DNA from: an uncultured virus (IMG/VR IMGVR_UViG_3300035698_010745)
Taxonomy: Duplodnaviria > Heunggongvirae > Uroviricota > Caudoviricetes
DNA length: 64,000 nucleotides
Direction: 5' to 3' (one strand)
Virus record (IMG/VR): IMGVR_UViG_3300035698_010745
Shown: positions 26,571-37,517 of the stretch, in pieces
Layout: each line of letters opens with the position of its first letter
How positions within the stretch are numbered: the stretch's first letter is position 1
Notes under the pieces: model-generated
Database searches by the model: none
The model's input: only the letters and a program-made list of their open reading frames with translations
Told to the model about the DNA's origin: nothing
Position numbers and translations under genes: made by a program

Positions 26571-29396
26571 TTACAGGTGGATACCGAGTATCTGGTCAAC
26601 TTTGACATACTTCCGGCCCATGCCAAGCCTCTCCAGGGTTACTCCGTCCGACAGGTAGCCCACATCCGTGTCCCAGCCGACTTCCCGCATGACCTCTGTT
26701 CTCACCATGACCTGGAGCGGGTCGATGTGGTACAGCTTCACCGGCTCCCCCTTTAAGACGATAGGCGGAGGTCCGACTTCGGACTCGTTGAGTGGCCCGA
26801 AGTGCATAATGTCGCACACGGCGAAATCACAGTCTGGAGCATTCTCCAGCCTTGTTGCCATCTCTCCCAAGAAGTTGGGGAGGTAGATGTTGTCATCATC
26901 GCAGAACACAACGAATTCACCTGAAGCAATGTTCAGCATTGCCGCACGCGCAGAGTTTCCGAAGTCCTGATTGTCTTGAAGTTTGCCCAAGTCCGCATAA
27001 CGAATCCTGGCATCATCAAAACTGCGAACCAGATTCTCCACCTCCGGTTCGCTCGGGCCATTGGAGCAAACGAGTTGCTCCCATCCCCCAACCGTCTGGA
27101 GCCGAATCGAATCAATACACCTCTTGATAACACGGGGGTCCCTTTGCCATGTCGGCGTGATGACCGTCACCCGGATTTTGCCCTGCTCAACCACCGACAA
27201 GTATTCTGGGTCTGGGGTTAGGGCCGGATTCGGATTGGCGCTCTCTGGGATTTCGAGCACCAGGGGCTCTGGCTCCTCTTCCCACTGATACGACTCAATC
27301 TCCTTCCTCAATGCCGAGTCGTTCTGTATCCGGGAAAGCCATTCTTTCGCCCAAGCCAAGACCTGGTAGACATAGCCATTCTTTGTATGCTCAATGCCCT
27401 CGCCGAAGTCCTGGTGGACAACGCAAGGTATTCCGGCCCTCATCAATTTGAGCAAATCACCTTTCGTTGTGACCCCGACCTTGGGAAACAGCGCAACATC
27501 TGCTTCCGCCAAGAACAAGGACAGACTCTCATCGTAAGGAATCAACTCAATATCCTTGTGCGGCGGAATTTCGGCAATACCCTTGGTCATTACGACCTTA
27601 CGGGCATCGTGGAACTCGTCAGTGATACGGACAAAATCCGGGTAGCCCCACCCGTTGTCCACCATCACTATCGTAAACTTCTTGCCGTGTTCTGTCTCTG
27701 TCTCACTCATCGCGTTCCCCTCCATGAGGTTTTGCTCGTACCTGTCATCATACTGAAATGCTGTGTTTCGGAAATCCGGTCCGTACATCTCCCCAAAAAC
27801 CCTTTCCATCTGTGCCTGAAATTCTGCATCATCATATCCTCTTCCTTGTGGATGATGAACCGCTACCTGGTCTATGACATTTGGAAGATTCATTTCGCGA
27901 GACTTAAGGCACAACCACAAGTCTTGTCCGTATCCATCACTTCCCGCTGGAAGCTCCTTAATTTCCCGCATGAGTTCGCCGGACAAGGCAAGGGCCATAC
28001 CTTCAATGTTTCTCACCCGTCGCGACTCTCCATGCTCATAATGTTCGGCCTGCATAAATGGTTTTGCCCTGCCACGGACACAAGGGCTCCAACACCCAAA
28101 CGGTAATGCCTCTTCTATCGCGGCCCGATAGTGTTCTGGAGGGGATAGTAATTTTATATCGCATCCAAGCATCCATACGGCGTCATACTCCGAACACGTT
28201 TTAAGGATTTCGTTCCAGCCGCCCGTCCAGTATACATTCGGGAGCACACGCCCCACGTTAATCGGTATCTTGTCCGGGTCCGAGCCGCTATCGAAGATTT
28301 CAACATCCTCGAAAGCTGAGGAAAGCTGGGCATAGAGTTTGTCACAATTCTCGGGCAAATTGTGATTCAGGATGACGACCTTGATTCTTTTCTTTATGAC
28401 CTCTGTCGACTCCTCTACCTCTGTCAACTCTATGACCTCTGGCAATCTTCTCATATTCTGTCCGGCAATAGCACTCCACGCATCCATGATGGATTTTTCT
28501 TCGTTTTCGGAAGAGTAGGTGCCACGAATATACTCCGAAGCCATCTGCCCCGTCTCTACCAACTGGTCAAACGGCAAAGACAGGACTTCCTTCAAGGTGT
28601 TTGCACACCGCAAGACATCTCCCTCTGGAATAGGATAGCTTATCCCCGGCAGCATGAATTCCTGCCCAGCATTCCCCGTCCAACCCACCACGACACACCC
28701 ACAAGCCATTGCTTCGGCGGGCGGCATTCCAAATCCTTCCCGGAAACTTCCTGAGATAAAAATCATCGACCTCTGCATAAGTGAAGCAACTTCGGCCTCT
28801 GTCTTCCCTGCAATGGGTTCTACTCGCCATCCATTAAGTGTCCCGACTTGTCCCGCAATCATTAACGTCTCTTCGATGTCCGACTTCCGTCGACGAGACA
28901 TGTAAATGATTCGCTTTTCCTTTTGCGTGGTGGGAGGGCCGAACGGAAGCCGGTCAAAAGAGTACTGTATTCGATAAAGGACATTGTCCGGGAGGAGAGG
29001 CGTGAGCTGGTCCAGAGAGTGTTGGGACACGCACATCACCCCTTGGACACGTTCCTTGTAGAACTTCCCGAAAGCACCGATGCCCCCATAGCCGTGCGGA
29101 ACATTGAAAGGGTTTTGAGCATATACGATAATTTTTGCCTTGTCCGCTCCTCTAATTTCCGGTGGCACAAACGGAAGAGCCTCAGAGGAAACCACGAAGT
29201 CCTCTTTCCCGACTTCTTCATTCGGCCCGACAACGCACGTCTCATTCTCGAACCATGAGCACCGGAAGCCTTCCTTGGGAACTACAATTGCAGCATCCAA
29301 GCCATTCTTTCTCAGAACGTCCACCATCCGGTATGCCTGCTTGACTCCACCAGTAGGAGTGTTCTTATCCCTGGTTAGAACAAATCGTATCTTCAT
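26571..29396 (-). CDS. multidomain glycosyltransferase (GT4-like N-terminus, GT2-like C-terminus)
   Basis: EGFGMPPAEAMACG (GT-B/GT4); VTVITPTW...GEFVVFCDDD (GT-A/GT2); additional GT-like central domains. Confidence 0.85.
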   Translation of the reverse strand: MKIRFVLTRDKNTPTGGVKQAYRMVDVLRKNGLDAAIVVPKEGFRCSWFENETCVVGPNEEVGKEDFVVSSEALPFVPPEIRGADKAKIIVYAQNPFNVPHGYGGIGAFGKFYKERVQGVMCVSQHSLDQLTPLLPDNVLYRIQYSFDRLPFGPPTTQKEKRIIYMSRRRKSDIEETLMIAGQVGTLNGWRVEPIAGKTEAEVASLMQRSMIFISGSFREGFGMPPAEAMACGCVVVGWTGNAGQEFMLPGISYPIPEGDVLRCANTLKEVLSLPFDQLVETGQMASEYIRGTYSSENEEKSIMDAWSAIAGQNMRRLPEVIELTEVEESTEVIKKRIKVVILNHNLPENCDKLYAQLSSAFEDVEIFDSGSDPDKIPINVGRVLPNVYWTGGWNEILKTCSEYDAVWMLGCDIKLLSPPEHYRAAIEEALPFGCWSPCVRGRAKPFMQAEHYEHGESRRVRNIEGMALALSGELMREIKELPAGSDGYGQDLWLCLKSREMNLPNVIDQVAVHHPQGRGYDDAEFQAQMERVFGEMYGPDFRNTAFQYDDRYEQNLMEGNAMSETETEHGKKFTIVMVDNGWGYPDFVRITDEFHDARKVVMTKGIAEIPPHKDIELIPYDESLSLFLAEADVALFPKVGVTTKGDLLKLMRAGIPCVVHQDFGEGIEHTKNGYVYQVLAWAKEWLSRIQNDSALRKEIESYQWEEEPEPLVLEIPESANPNPALTPDPEYLSVVEQGKIRVTVITPTWQRDPRVIKRCIDSIRLQTVGGWEQLVCSNGPSEPEVENLVRSFDDARIRYADLGKLQDNQDFGNSARAAMLNIASGEFVVFCDDDNIYLPNFLGEMATRLENAPDCDFAVCDIMHFGPLNESEVGPPPIVLKGEPVKLYHIDPLQVMVRTEVMREVGWDTDVGYLSDGVTLERLGMGRKYVKVDQILGIHL

Positions 29397-30250
29397 CCTC
29401 CTCCTAACCTCTCGAAATGCACAGCCATATCTGTAAAGCTGCTAGTCGTATCACAACACCGGCAAAACATGTCCTGGGCGGGTCCCTTGTTGAAAAACCC
29501 ATACTTGCATCCACCAGGGACAGGGCAACTCACCCCTTTGATAAGCTCTTCGTCCGGCGGAGCGTCATGTGCAAAAAAGCCCCACTTGTGAATCCATGCG
29601 TTCGGGGGCCTCTTGGTCTTCAACTCTGGTTGGCTCCATCCCGGCGTCCCCTTCTGCCCGTCCAATGCCTCGTCCAGTGGCAAGCACCCCTCGTCGTAAA
29701 CTGCCGCATTCAAGCGCACATGGGGGTTGTTACTCCACCAGAACGTCGGGCACTCCATGTAGTTCCCTTCAATCCTGCCTATCTTATCAAACCACTGTGC
29801 CCACCAATGCGCGGCAATATCCCAAGAGTGTACCATCCGTCGCAAATAAAGATACTGGCAAGTCCCCGCCTCCATAAAATCCAACACCTGGTGAAGCCAT
29901 TTTCCGTCAATTCCTGTCAACTCCTGGGGAAGATGCCGGAAATCAGACTCCAAGTGAAGAACATATTTGCAATCCTGCACCATATCCGACACCCGGTTTG
30001 TTCCCGCCGCGCACCCCAAGTCCGTATCGGAGCTGTCCATTCGCCACTCTATCGCATAGCCGGGCTTATCCTGGCGCTCCTTGAACCACTCAGCCGTGCC
30101 ATCCGTTGAGCCGTTATCGAATATGGCAATAACAAGGGGCCGGTAATGGCAATTCTCCAGAAGGGATGTGATGCATGTCTGAAGCTTCTCAAGACGTTCG
30201 CCGTTCGTGAGGATAGTAATACCGATTTTGTGCATAGCAACTCCGGTCAA
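29393..30250 (-). CDS. GT2-family glycosyltransferase
   Basis: IFDNGSTDGT and YVLHLESD motifs. Confidence 0.75.
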   Translation of the reverse strand: MTGVAMHKIGITILTNGERLEKLQTCITSLLENCHYRPLVIAIFDNGSTDGTAEWFKERQDKPGYAIEWRMDSSDTDLGCAAGTNRVSDMVQDCKYVLHLESDFRHLPQELTGIDGKWLHQVLDFMEAGTCQYLYLRRMVHSWDIAAHWWAQWFDKIGRIEGNYMECPTFWWSNNPHVRLNAAVYDEGCLPLDEALDGQKGTPGWSQPELKTKRPPNAWIHKWGFFAHDAPPDEELIKGVSCPVPGGCKYGFFNKGPAQDMFCRCCDTTSSFTDMAVHFERLGGG

Positions 30251-30296
30251 TTATACACCCAGATTAGATGGCTCGCGCCGGAAATTCTTCAACAGG

Positions 30297-31262
30297 TCAT
30301 TCTCGGCTATCCCACTCGCAGATGTATCGCCTAGTATCGGAATCGTTGGTGTCGTGGAGGCCCTCCCGGTTCATCGAGCCCACGTTCTCCCCACGACCCC
30401 CGTTCGGCTCACCTGTGCGCCATCTCACGAAATCAGATTTTTCATGATTGACCATCACCCACTTGCCCTCTTTCCTTGAATCCGAATGGCCGACATAAAC
30501 GTAGTCGTTGCCAGCAAGCTGCTGAACAAATTCGTACTCATCGGCAGAGGTTATCGTGGCCAGATGGCCCCCAACGGATTCACAGGCATTCTTGGCCTTC
30601 TTCCAGTTTAGAAATGTTTCCGATAGGTGGTAGTAGTGCTCTCCAAACCGGGATACTTCACCGGGCATCGTCACTTTCCTTCTAGTGCTTCCCAAGAGAA
30701 CCGGAGGTCGCGGTGATACCTCACCGTCGGGCGTCTTCTCCGGGGCTTGGGTTTGCGGAGCTTCTCTTTCCACCACCGTCAAAACAAAGTTAACTCTGTC
30801 CTTCTCTGCTTTCGCGAGTTGTGCCTCCTCCATCCTATCGGCCAGCATTAGGTAACGGATGAGGGCGTCCAGCCGACGGACATATTGACCGATGAGGAAT
30901 TTCGTCCGCTTGCACTTGTCAATAAGCGCCTTATCTACGAATTGGTCGTACCGAGCTGCGACGACACGAGCGGCGGAAGAGTTCGTTCGGGCGTCTGAGG
31001 GTGGGACAGACTTCTCGGCCTCGAATCTCGCTTTCTCCTTCTCCAAGGCGAGATAAGCATCAAGCTGGCCACTCTCCTTCAAGTGTGTAAGAAAGGTGTC
31101 GAGGGCTTTGCCGTAAGATGCCAGGGCCTCGGCTTGCTCTTTGGAGAAGTCTGCATCGATGACGGACTGGGCCTGCTCGTACTTGGCTTTCAGGCCATCC
31201 AGTTCTGCACCACAAGTTCCGGCGATTAGCAAAACTATCATTATCTGTACCATTGTCTTCAT
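30297..31262 (-). CDS. secreted coiled-coil protein with C-terminal C-type lectin domain
   Basis: Signal peptide; WKKAKNACESVGGHLATITS...WRTGEPN...YICEW. Confidence 0.8.
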   Translation of the reverse strand: MKTMVQIMIVLLIAGTCGAELDGLKAKYEQAQSVIDADFSKEQAEALASYGKALDTFLTHLKESGQLDAYLALEKEKARFEAEKSVPPSDARTNSSAARVVAARYDQFVDKALIDKCKRTKFLIGQYVRRLDALIRYLMLADRMEEAQLAKAEKDRVNFVLTVVEREAPQTQAPEKTPDGEVSPRPPVLLGSTRRKVTMPGEVSRFGEHYYHLSETFLNWKKAKNACESVGGHLATITSADEYEFVQQLAGNDYVYVGHSDSRKEGKWVMVNHEKSDFVRWRTGEPNGGRGENVGSMNREGLHDTNDSDTRRYICEWDSRE

Positions 31263-31633
31263 CTCTTCTCCTTTTGTTATTATGCCCCAAGCACTACGAA
31301 CTTGAAAATCTTTCCCTTTGTGGCATTCAACGTCCGGTACCGATGATTGCGCTCCAGCTCAACCCAGAGCCTGATGCACAAGCTACCATTTTCCGCCTTC
31401 CAAACCCTACTGACACGACCCGTATACCGGTCCGGGGGCAACCCCAACTCATCGGCCCGTGCCGCTTCCTGCTCAGCCGTACCCGTACGTGGGGCAAATG
31501 CCGAGTAGTGAACGTGGACCCGTGTCCCATTCTCCACTTTGCCGGGCCGCGATGCCTGTCGCACTTGGGCAAGCATCGTGGCAATATCCACCATGCTTAG
31601 TGGCTCATTCGTCAATGTTCGTTGTGTCGGCAT

Positions 31634-32335
31634 CTAATCCTTCTGCATCCCACCAGGGCCGTACATCCTTTCAACGTGACATACCTCTTTGGAATTGTGT
31701 AAACGCCATACCACCCGGACGTTGCACTTTGCAAGTGTCTGGATAACATTCTCGCAATGGAGCTGACGCGCCATCCTCCGTACGTCCTCGTCCCCCTCTT
31801 TAAGTTCAAAGCTCCATCTCATCCCACCCTTGAGCCGTTGTAGCACGTCCTCAACGACTTTCCCCACTTCCCCCTCCGTCATGATTTCGTAGACGTTCCG
31901 AGGTGCCCTTAGCTCCCTGGTCAAAGTCGCCGAACCATCCTGCCGGAGGCTTGCGAAGATGTCGTTCTTCTTCAGCTCTTGCCGGAATTCCGGCATGCGT
32001 AACCACCTCAAGGCTTCCTTGTCTTTCGTCGTGAACTCCGCTTTGCCTTTTAGCATCCGCACGACGTCCCCAATGGCATTTCCAAAATCAGTCGGGGCCG
32101 CTGGGTTGTCATCTGGACCACCCGCACTGGCCATGAATGGGCCAGTCAGCGTCTTGAGGCTATCCAGGGCCGGGGCTTCCTCGCCCTCCTGTGCTTCCAG
32201 TAACACGACTTGCCGCTCCAACAACCCATTCTGCTTCTCGATGGCCTCGCATAGCCGCTCGATACTACGAGCAATCTTGGGGACAGTGCCCTCGTAGAAC
32301 TGCCGCCCCATCCCTGTTTGAAAAAAATCCGGCAT
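31634..32335 (-). CDS. hypothetical protein
   Basis: 233-aa ORF with GGAGG RBS. Confidence 0.65.
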   Translation of the reverse strand: MPDFFQTGMGRQFYEGTVPKIARSIERLCEAIEKQNGLLERQVVLLEAQEGEEAPALDSLKTLTGPFMASAGGPDDNPAAPTDFGNAIGDVVRMLKGKAEFTTKDKEALRWLRMPEFRQELKKNDIFASLRQDGSATLTRELRAPRNVYEIMTEGEVGKVVEDVLQRLKGGMRWSFELKEGDEDVRRMARQLHCENVIQTLAKCNVRVVWRLHNSKEVCHVERMYGPGGMQKD

Positions 32336-32338
32336 GAC

Positions 32339-33037
32339 TTACCTCCTCGTTAAAGACACCACGTCCTCGACATACTCATTGGTGGATAACCTCTTCCACC
32401 CATTCGGTCCACCGTTATGCAGGGCCGCATAGACTCGCACGTCCGGCCTCTTGCCCGTTACCCTGTAGTAACGGTTGCCGTAATGTTCGAGGTACTTTTC
32501 CGCAACCCACCACGCTCTGTCCGGGTCTTTCATATCGGCCAACGTCAAAAGCCTGCCCCACACCCTCACAACCCCGTCACTACATATACCGTTCACATCA
32601 TCAAGATACGGCTTGCGGATTTGCAAAGCCCCATAGGCTTTATTCGTGAGGTGCAAATCCCCCACCGCATTCGGGTCCCCACCCGACTCCACTATCACCA
32701 TTGCATGTAGAGCCTTAACCAACTCCTCATCTATATCCGGGGGAGAATCGGAAAAGCCCGGATGGTCCTCGGGGCCGAACTGGTATGTCTCGGACATCGT
32801 AGGTTCAGCCGTGTAGAGATACGTCACGGGGTTCGTGTCGATGTTCGCCACGGCTTCCCGGAACGTCTTGTGGCTCACCAGTTGCCCTGCAACACGCGGC
32901 CACTTCCCGTACACATGCGCGACTGTGCCAAGAATTACACCAATCGCCACAATACACAATAGGTCTCTCTTCTTCATATTCACCCCATCGGTGCGAGTTT
33001 TCCAAAGCTCAGGCGGAAGTAATCTCCACAGTCGCAC
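32339..33037 (-). CDS. lysozyme/lytic transglycosylase-like protein with N-terminal membrane anchor
   Basis: VESGG.P.AVGD...AYGALQI...AALHNGGPNG motifs (SLT/i-type lysozyme-like); start probably MKKRDLL. Confidence 0.75.
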   Translation of the reverse strand: MRLWRLLPPELWKTRTDGVNMKKRDLLCIVAIGVILGTVAHVYGKWPRVAGQLVSHKTFREAVANIDTNPVTYLYTAEPTMSETYQFGPEDHPGFSDSPPDIDEELVKALHAMVIVESGGDPNAVGDLHLTNKAYGALQIRKPYLDDVNGICSDGVVRVWGRLLTLADMKDPDRAWWVAEKYLEHYGNRYYRVTGKRPDVRVYAALHNGGPNGWKRLSTNEYVEDVVSLTRR

Positions 33038-33446
33038 ACCGTGGGATGGAAGCCGTGAGCCTTCAAATCCTTGGGCATGATAAGCCGCCCAAGGGAGAGT
33101 GTTCCCTTCCGAGTACGCTCGATGATATTCCAGTTACCATCGCGCACGAAGTCCAAACCCTCTTTGACTGGTTTGCGTCCGTTCATTACGCCACTTTCGC
33201 TATCGGGTCCGGGATAATGCCGTCAACGATGCGCAGGGCATCGCACGAGCTGATTCCCGCGTAGGGGTCGGTGTCGTCGGCAATCTCCGTGCCATCCGGG
33301 TAAACCGAAGTTTCCTCGGCCTCTAGCTCGGCCAATTGCGCCAGCAAGCGCTCCTCCTCTATCCACCGGTCGGCTTCCACTTCAATGTCTGGGGTTTCGT
33401 AATTTGTGCTCATCCTCATCCTCCTTGTTGTTGCTCTCTACACCTA

Positions 33447-33473
33447 CATTGCACAAAGAGCTTGGGATTCTGA
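33447..33473 (-). promoter_or_regulatory. class-1 phage promoter motif TCAGAAT-N14-GCAATG
   Basis: Exact match. Confidence 0.75.
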
Positions 33474-34372
33474 GAAATTATAGAGAATATTTCAATTCGT
33501 CGTCGTACTTGAATCCGTGCGGCTCTATCTCCCTGGCAATGTACTTCTCATCGCTCTGGAGCCGTGACAGTTTCGCCGTGCTGCTTCCGCCCTCTCTGAT
33601 ACGCCAGCCCTTGTGCCGGAACTGCACATTACCCGCAGATACCGCCGGAACTTCGGGCCGGGAATCAACAAGCCCCTTGTGCGTTTCCCCATAGTCACAA
33701 GCGTCACAAAACAAGACCACGCCATCCGCGAAGCGAACGTACTTGTAAAGCCATGTTGTCTTCAACTTTGCTGGTGGTATCGCTGCCATATTTGCCCCTT
33801 CAAAGGCGTGGGTCCGTAGCCCTACACAACCACAAGGCCCACTCCGTCTATGCTGTTTCCGGCCTATTGCGTGGCGGCGTCGGGCACTTTGCGTATGATG
33901 GCCGATGCAGCGCCTTTCCACTGCTTCCCGTTAAGTTCGTACCCCACCGGGTATTTCGGGCGATTCGCACTGTAGCCGGTATAAATGGCAACGCGGCGAG
34001 TCCCGTGTCCGTGCCGGATTTCAATGGTGTCGCCGGGCTTGATACCCATCTCTTTGAGCCGCTCGGGCATGGCCCAGGTGTCATCCTGGCTACTACGCTG
34101 AGGTCGAAGCGCTGCTGCGGGGGCTTTCAGTCCCATCAGCTTGTCCACGTCCACGGTCCCTATTGTGGCCAGAATCTGGTTAACACCTAGCTTGTACAAG
34201 CCACGCGATTTCAAAGTCTGCCCGTTGAGCATTTTGGCGACAAGCGGATACTTGGGGCGGCTCAGCTTGTGCTCCGTGACCACCGCAACCCCGCCACCAT
34301 GCTCCGGCCTGATTACCACCACGGTTCCTCGTGGCATGTCTTCAATCGTCAAGTCCATCGTCCTACCTCCGG

Positions 34373-34960
34373 TTATCCGTCATACCGATGCTTCACCCAA
34401 GAGACCGTTTCCTTACCGGCATTCCTGAGCTGAAATGGGTACACCGACTGTGACCGTTTCGTCACAACACCCTCGAAAAACCCACTGTGGCATCGCAACT
34501 CTTCATACAACTCATCGCCAGCATACGGCGAAACGTACACCGTGTCATTCTCGATTAGGGCCGGGTCTAGCGGGGCCTCGGGGAAGTGTGCCGCTGCCAT
34601 CTCCTTGCGCTCCTCGTACGGAACGTTGCGGACAATAACATCAAGGATAATCAGCGTCCCACGGCCAATATTGTGCCGCCGTTCCATAGCCTCAACATCC
34701 GCCCACTCCAGGCCACACCCTTTCAACATCGACAGTGCCTTCGTGAAGCAGTGTGTAATGGATAGCGGGTTTCCGTGCCGGTTCCACATACGTCCGGTCT
34801 GAGTGTGCACTTCCGACCGCCACCCATTCCATTTGGGCTCTGACCGCCAAATCCCGCGCTTAACGGGGGCAAGTTCTAGCTTGCCCCCGTTTACCGGCCT
34901 CGCCGGGTATGTCGGTATCTCAATCACTTGCGTTCCCGGATTGCGACCACCGAGGGGCAA
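34373..34960 (-). CDS. ATP-dependent ligase/nucleotidyltransferase-like protein (adenylation domain only)
   Basis: EPKWNGWR (motif I KxN/DG), IILD, EGVVTKR and WVK motifs. Confidence 0.7.
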   Translation of the reverse strand: MPLGGRNPGTQVIEIPTYPARPVNGGKLELAPVKRGIWRSEPKWNGWRSEVHTQTGRMWNRHGNPLSITHCFTKALSMLKGCGLEWADVEAMERRHNIGRGTLIILDVIVRNVPYEERKEMAAAHFPEAPLDPALIENDTVYVSPYAGDELYEELRCHSGFFEGVVTKRSQSVYPFQLRNAGKETVSWVKHRYDG

Positions 34961-35571
34961 ACCTCGTCAACTTGGAGGTTCTGCTCGGCACTCAGAACTG
35001 TGTGGCGAGCCTCGTGAAACTCCGGCTTCGGGGTTACATCCGACTTGGCCGACAGGGCATCCGCGCACCCGTACTTCTCAAACAGTTCCGACATTTCGTC
35101 GAGGAGGCCCTGGGCCTTATCCTCGGGCACCTTGTCCCCGTCCACCTTGACCACGAAATGCTGGTGGAAAAACTGGTCAACATTCACCTCGCCGATAATG
35201 TCGGCCAGCGCCACTTCGTCCGCCCCGCCGTACCGGTTCTGCATGATACACAGAACCGACCCGTCATCCCCCTGGGCTTCAACCGACGAGGGGATGTCCG
35301 ACGTGCCGTTCACCTTCTCGATGAAAAACTTACGGGCCACCGGAACCAGCTCGCCCTTGGCAACCTTCAGTGCGCCGTCAATGGCCTTCTTCTTGGCATT
35401 GAGGTTGATGATTGTATCGGCCAAGGCCGCTACATCGCCGTTTGTGTCGGGAACAACCGGATAAACCGTTTTTCCCTTTTTCTTCGCACCATTCGCGCCC
35501 ACTGCATTGAGATTCAGCTTGTTCATCCTTCTCCTCCGTTTTGGGTTTCGTTTGCTCTCACACCCATACAT
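34924..35571 (-). CDS. hypothetical protein
   Basis: ORF after a class-1 promoter; likely start MNKLNL. Confidence 0.65.
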   Translation of the reverse strand: MYGCESKRNPKRRRRMNKLNLNAVGANGAKKKGKTVYPVVPDTNGDVAALADTIINLNAKKKAIDGALKVAKGELVPVARKFFIEKVNGTSDIPSSVEAQGDDGSVLCIMQNRYGGADEVALADIIGEVNVDQFFHQHFVVKVDGDKVPEDKAQGLLDEMSELFEKYGCADALSAKSDVTPKPEFHEARHTVLSAEQNLQVDEVCPSVVAIRERK

Positions 35572-35595
35572 TGCGCAACCTAGAGGGGATTCTGA
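35569..35595 (-). promoter_or_regulatory. class-1 phage promoter motif TCAGAAT-N14-GCAATG
   Basis: Exact match, preceded by a terminator-like GGCC hairpin and T-run. Confidence 0.75.
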
Positions 35596-35658
35596 AAGAA
35601 AAAGGCCCGACCCCGAAAAGGGCCGGACGGACGTAATGAAGTCAAAGTTGGGCCAGGT

Positions 35659-36924
35659 CTACACTACGTCAAGAATCAGGTTGGTCAGCACGTTGTTATG
35701 AAGAATCCACTGTGATGCCGCCCCATTGGGCACACGGGCAATCCGCAGGCAGATGTTGTGCCGCATATCCTCGGGCACTTCCTTCATGGTAAGGAATGCC
35801 TGGAAGTTCTTCACGGCCTTTGGTGTGGCCTCCGTGTCGGGCTGCACAATGTAAGCGAACAACCTGTCGCAGATGACCCCAAGCACGTCCACGCGCTTTT
35901 CCTTCCCCTCCATCAGCTTGCCAATATGCTTCGAGATGAAGGCTTCGCCGTCCAGAATCTGCTGCGGCTCGATAACCAGCTCCACATCCCGCTGCATGAA
36001 CACGGTCATACTGGATACGGTCTCCTCGTCAAGCACGGCAGCCGCTTGCATCTGGAAACGCCGGATGGCCTCCTTTGTCGTCAAGTCCTTGATGTGACGG
36101 CACGAGCGACCGGCCTCGGCCAATGTGCGAGGGTTGGTGCGCTCGTTGCCAATCATCATCTCCGGGTACTGGAGGACAAAGCTGATAACCCTCGGGTCAA
36201 TCTTCTCGCGCTGTGCCCACACACTCCATTCCTTCGCGTCATGTTTGAGCGTGACACTCTTGATACGGGTCAGGATGGCCGGGTCCAGGCTAGTCACAAG
36301 GTAATCCTGCTCATCCGGGTTTGCCGTCAGTACAATGTTGCATCCCGGAGGAAGCTTCCAGCTCACCATCCCGTAATTCTGGAGCAACTGCATCACACCC
36401 TTGACAATGCGCTGGCTTGCCCTGTTCCAGTCATCCAGCAGAAGAATGGTCGGGCCGGGTTCTACCGGGACCCAGTCGGGAGGGGCATACATGGTACGCA
36501 CACCGGCATGGTGCTTCATCTTCCATCCGTCCTGGAAATACCCTTGAACGACTTCCTCGGGAATCCACCGTTCCATGGGGCCTTCCCCGTTCTCCTTCGA
36601 GAGCAAGACATGTCTGCTCGGCATACCATGCAAGTCACCCATCTCCTCGAACTGGGCCAAGGGTACGTCGACAACGTTATAGCCAGGGAACATCTCTCCC
36701 ATCCACTCCACGGGCTCCTTGCAATGCTGTTTGACGATGGCCGTTTTGCCTATGCCCGAGTGTCCCCAGATGCATGTTGCAAAGCGCTCGTCGGACCCTG
36801 ATGCTTCGGCTTCCCTATTCCCGGCAAAAGCGTCTTGCAGGAACATCATCAGGTCAGAGTACATGACTTTCTCGCCATAGCACCCCTCGAAGGTCTGGTC
36901 TTGTTTTTCATTCACTGGCGACAT
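35659..36924 (-). CDS. MoxR-like AAA+ ATPase
   Basis: WGHSGIGKT, LLLDDWNRA, LTANP and LDPAILTR motifs. Confidence 0.8.
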   Translation of the reverse strand: MSPVNEKQDQTFEGCYGEKVMYSDLMMFLQDAFAGNREAEASGSDERFATCIWGHSGIGKTAIVKQHCKEPVEWMGEMFPGYNVVDVPLAQFEEMGDLHGMPSRHVLLSKENGEGPMERWIPEEVVQGYFQDGWKMKHHAGVRTMYAPPDWVPVEPGPTILLLDDWNRASQRIVKGVMQLLQNYGMVSWKLPPGCNIVLTANPDEQDYLVTSLDPAILTRIKSVTLKHDAKEWSVWAQREKIDPRVISFVLQYPEMMIGNERTNPRTLAEAGRSCRHIKDLTTKEAIRRFQMQAAAVLDEETVSSMTVFMQRDVELVIEPQQILDGEAFISKHIGKLMEGKEKRVDVLGVICDRLFAYIVQPDTEATPKAVKNFQAFLTMKEVPEDMRHNICLRIARVPNGAASQWILHNNVLTNLILDVV

Positions 36925-36930
36925 ATCTTC

Positions 36931-37470
36931 TCACCCCTTGTTTGTGTATTTCACCCGATAAGACACATCGCTCTCCCCCAGGCAGGCTTCCAAGGCAAAC
37001 CTTGCCTCGGTCTCCTCGGCGCTGGAAACTTCCGACGCCCTCATGGCACGAACATCGTCCGGCTTCACCGAAAGGCTCTCAACCACATTCGCAGTGATGC
37101 CATTCTCCTGGAGTAACTCGACGGCACGCGAAATGTCGTCCGGGGGTATCACGAGGTCCTTCTTCACCTTCACCACGTCACCCAGGAACCCATTGCGGAC
37201 GGCGGTCCGAAGTGCCGGGAACTGCTCGGCACTGGCCTGCACGGTCATCTTCTCCGTTTGGCTCACCGTGGCAACGGAGTTGTTACCATCCATTCGGATG
37301 CTGGCCTCGCCCTCGGCAAGCTGCCCTTTCGCAAACTCGGCAACCTTGACCTTGAGGCCCTTGTCCTCGTAAGTGAGGTTATCGAGTTTGGTTTTGACGT
37401 CCGCGCCCCGGTCAATGATGGCCGCTTGGTCTTCGGATGCCGTCACTATCCTGATTTCTTTCTTTGCCAT
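36931..37470 (-). CDS. hypothetical protein
   Basis: 179-aa ORF in the same gene run. Confidence 0.65.
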   Translation of the reverse strand: MAKKEIRIVTASEDQAAIIDRGADVKTKLDNLTYEDKGLKVKVAEFAKGQLAEGEASIRMDGNNSVATVSQTEKMTVQASAEQFPALRTAVRNGFLGDVVKVKKDLVIPPDDISRAVELLQENGITANVVESLSVKPDDVRAMRASEVSSAEETEARFALEACLGESDVSYRVKYTNKG

Positions 37471-37517
37471 TTCAGCTCTCCCTTTGTCCGATTATACTCC
37501 CCGAAGCCCTCTCAGAC

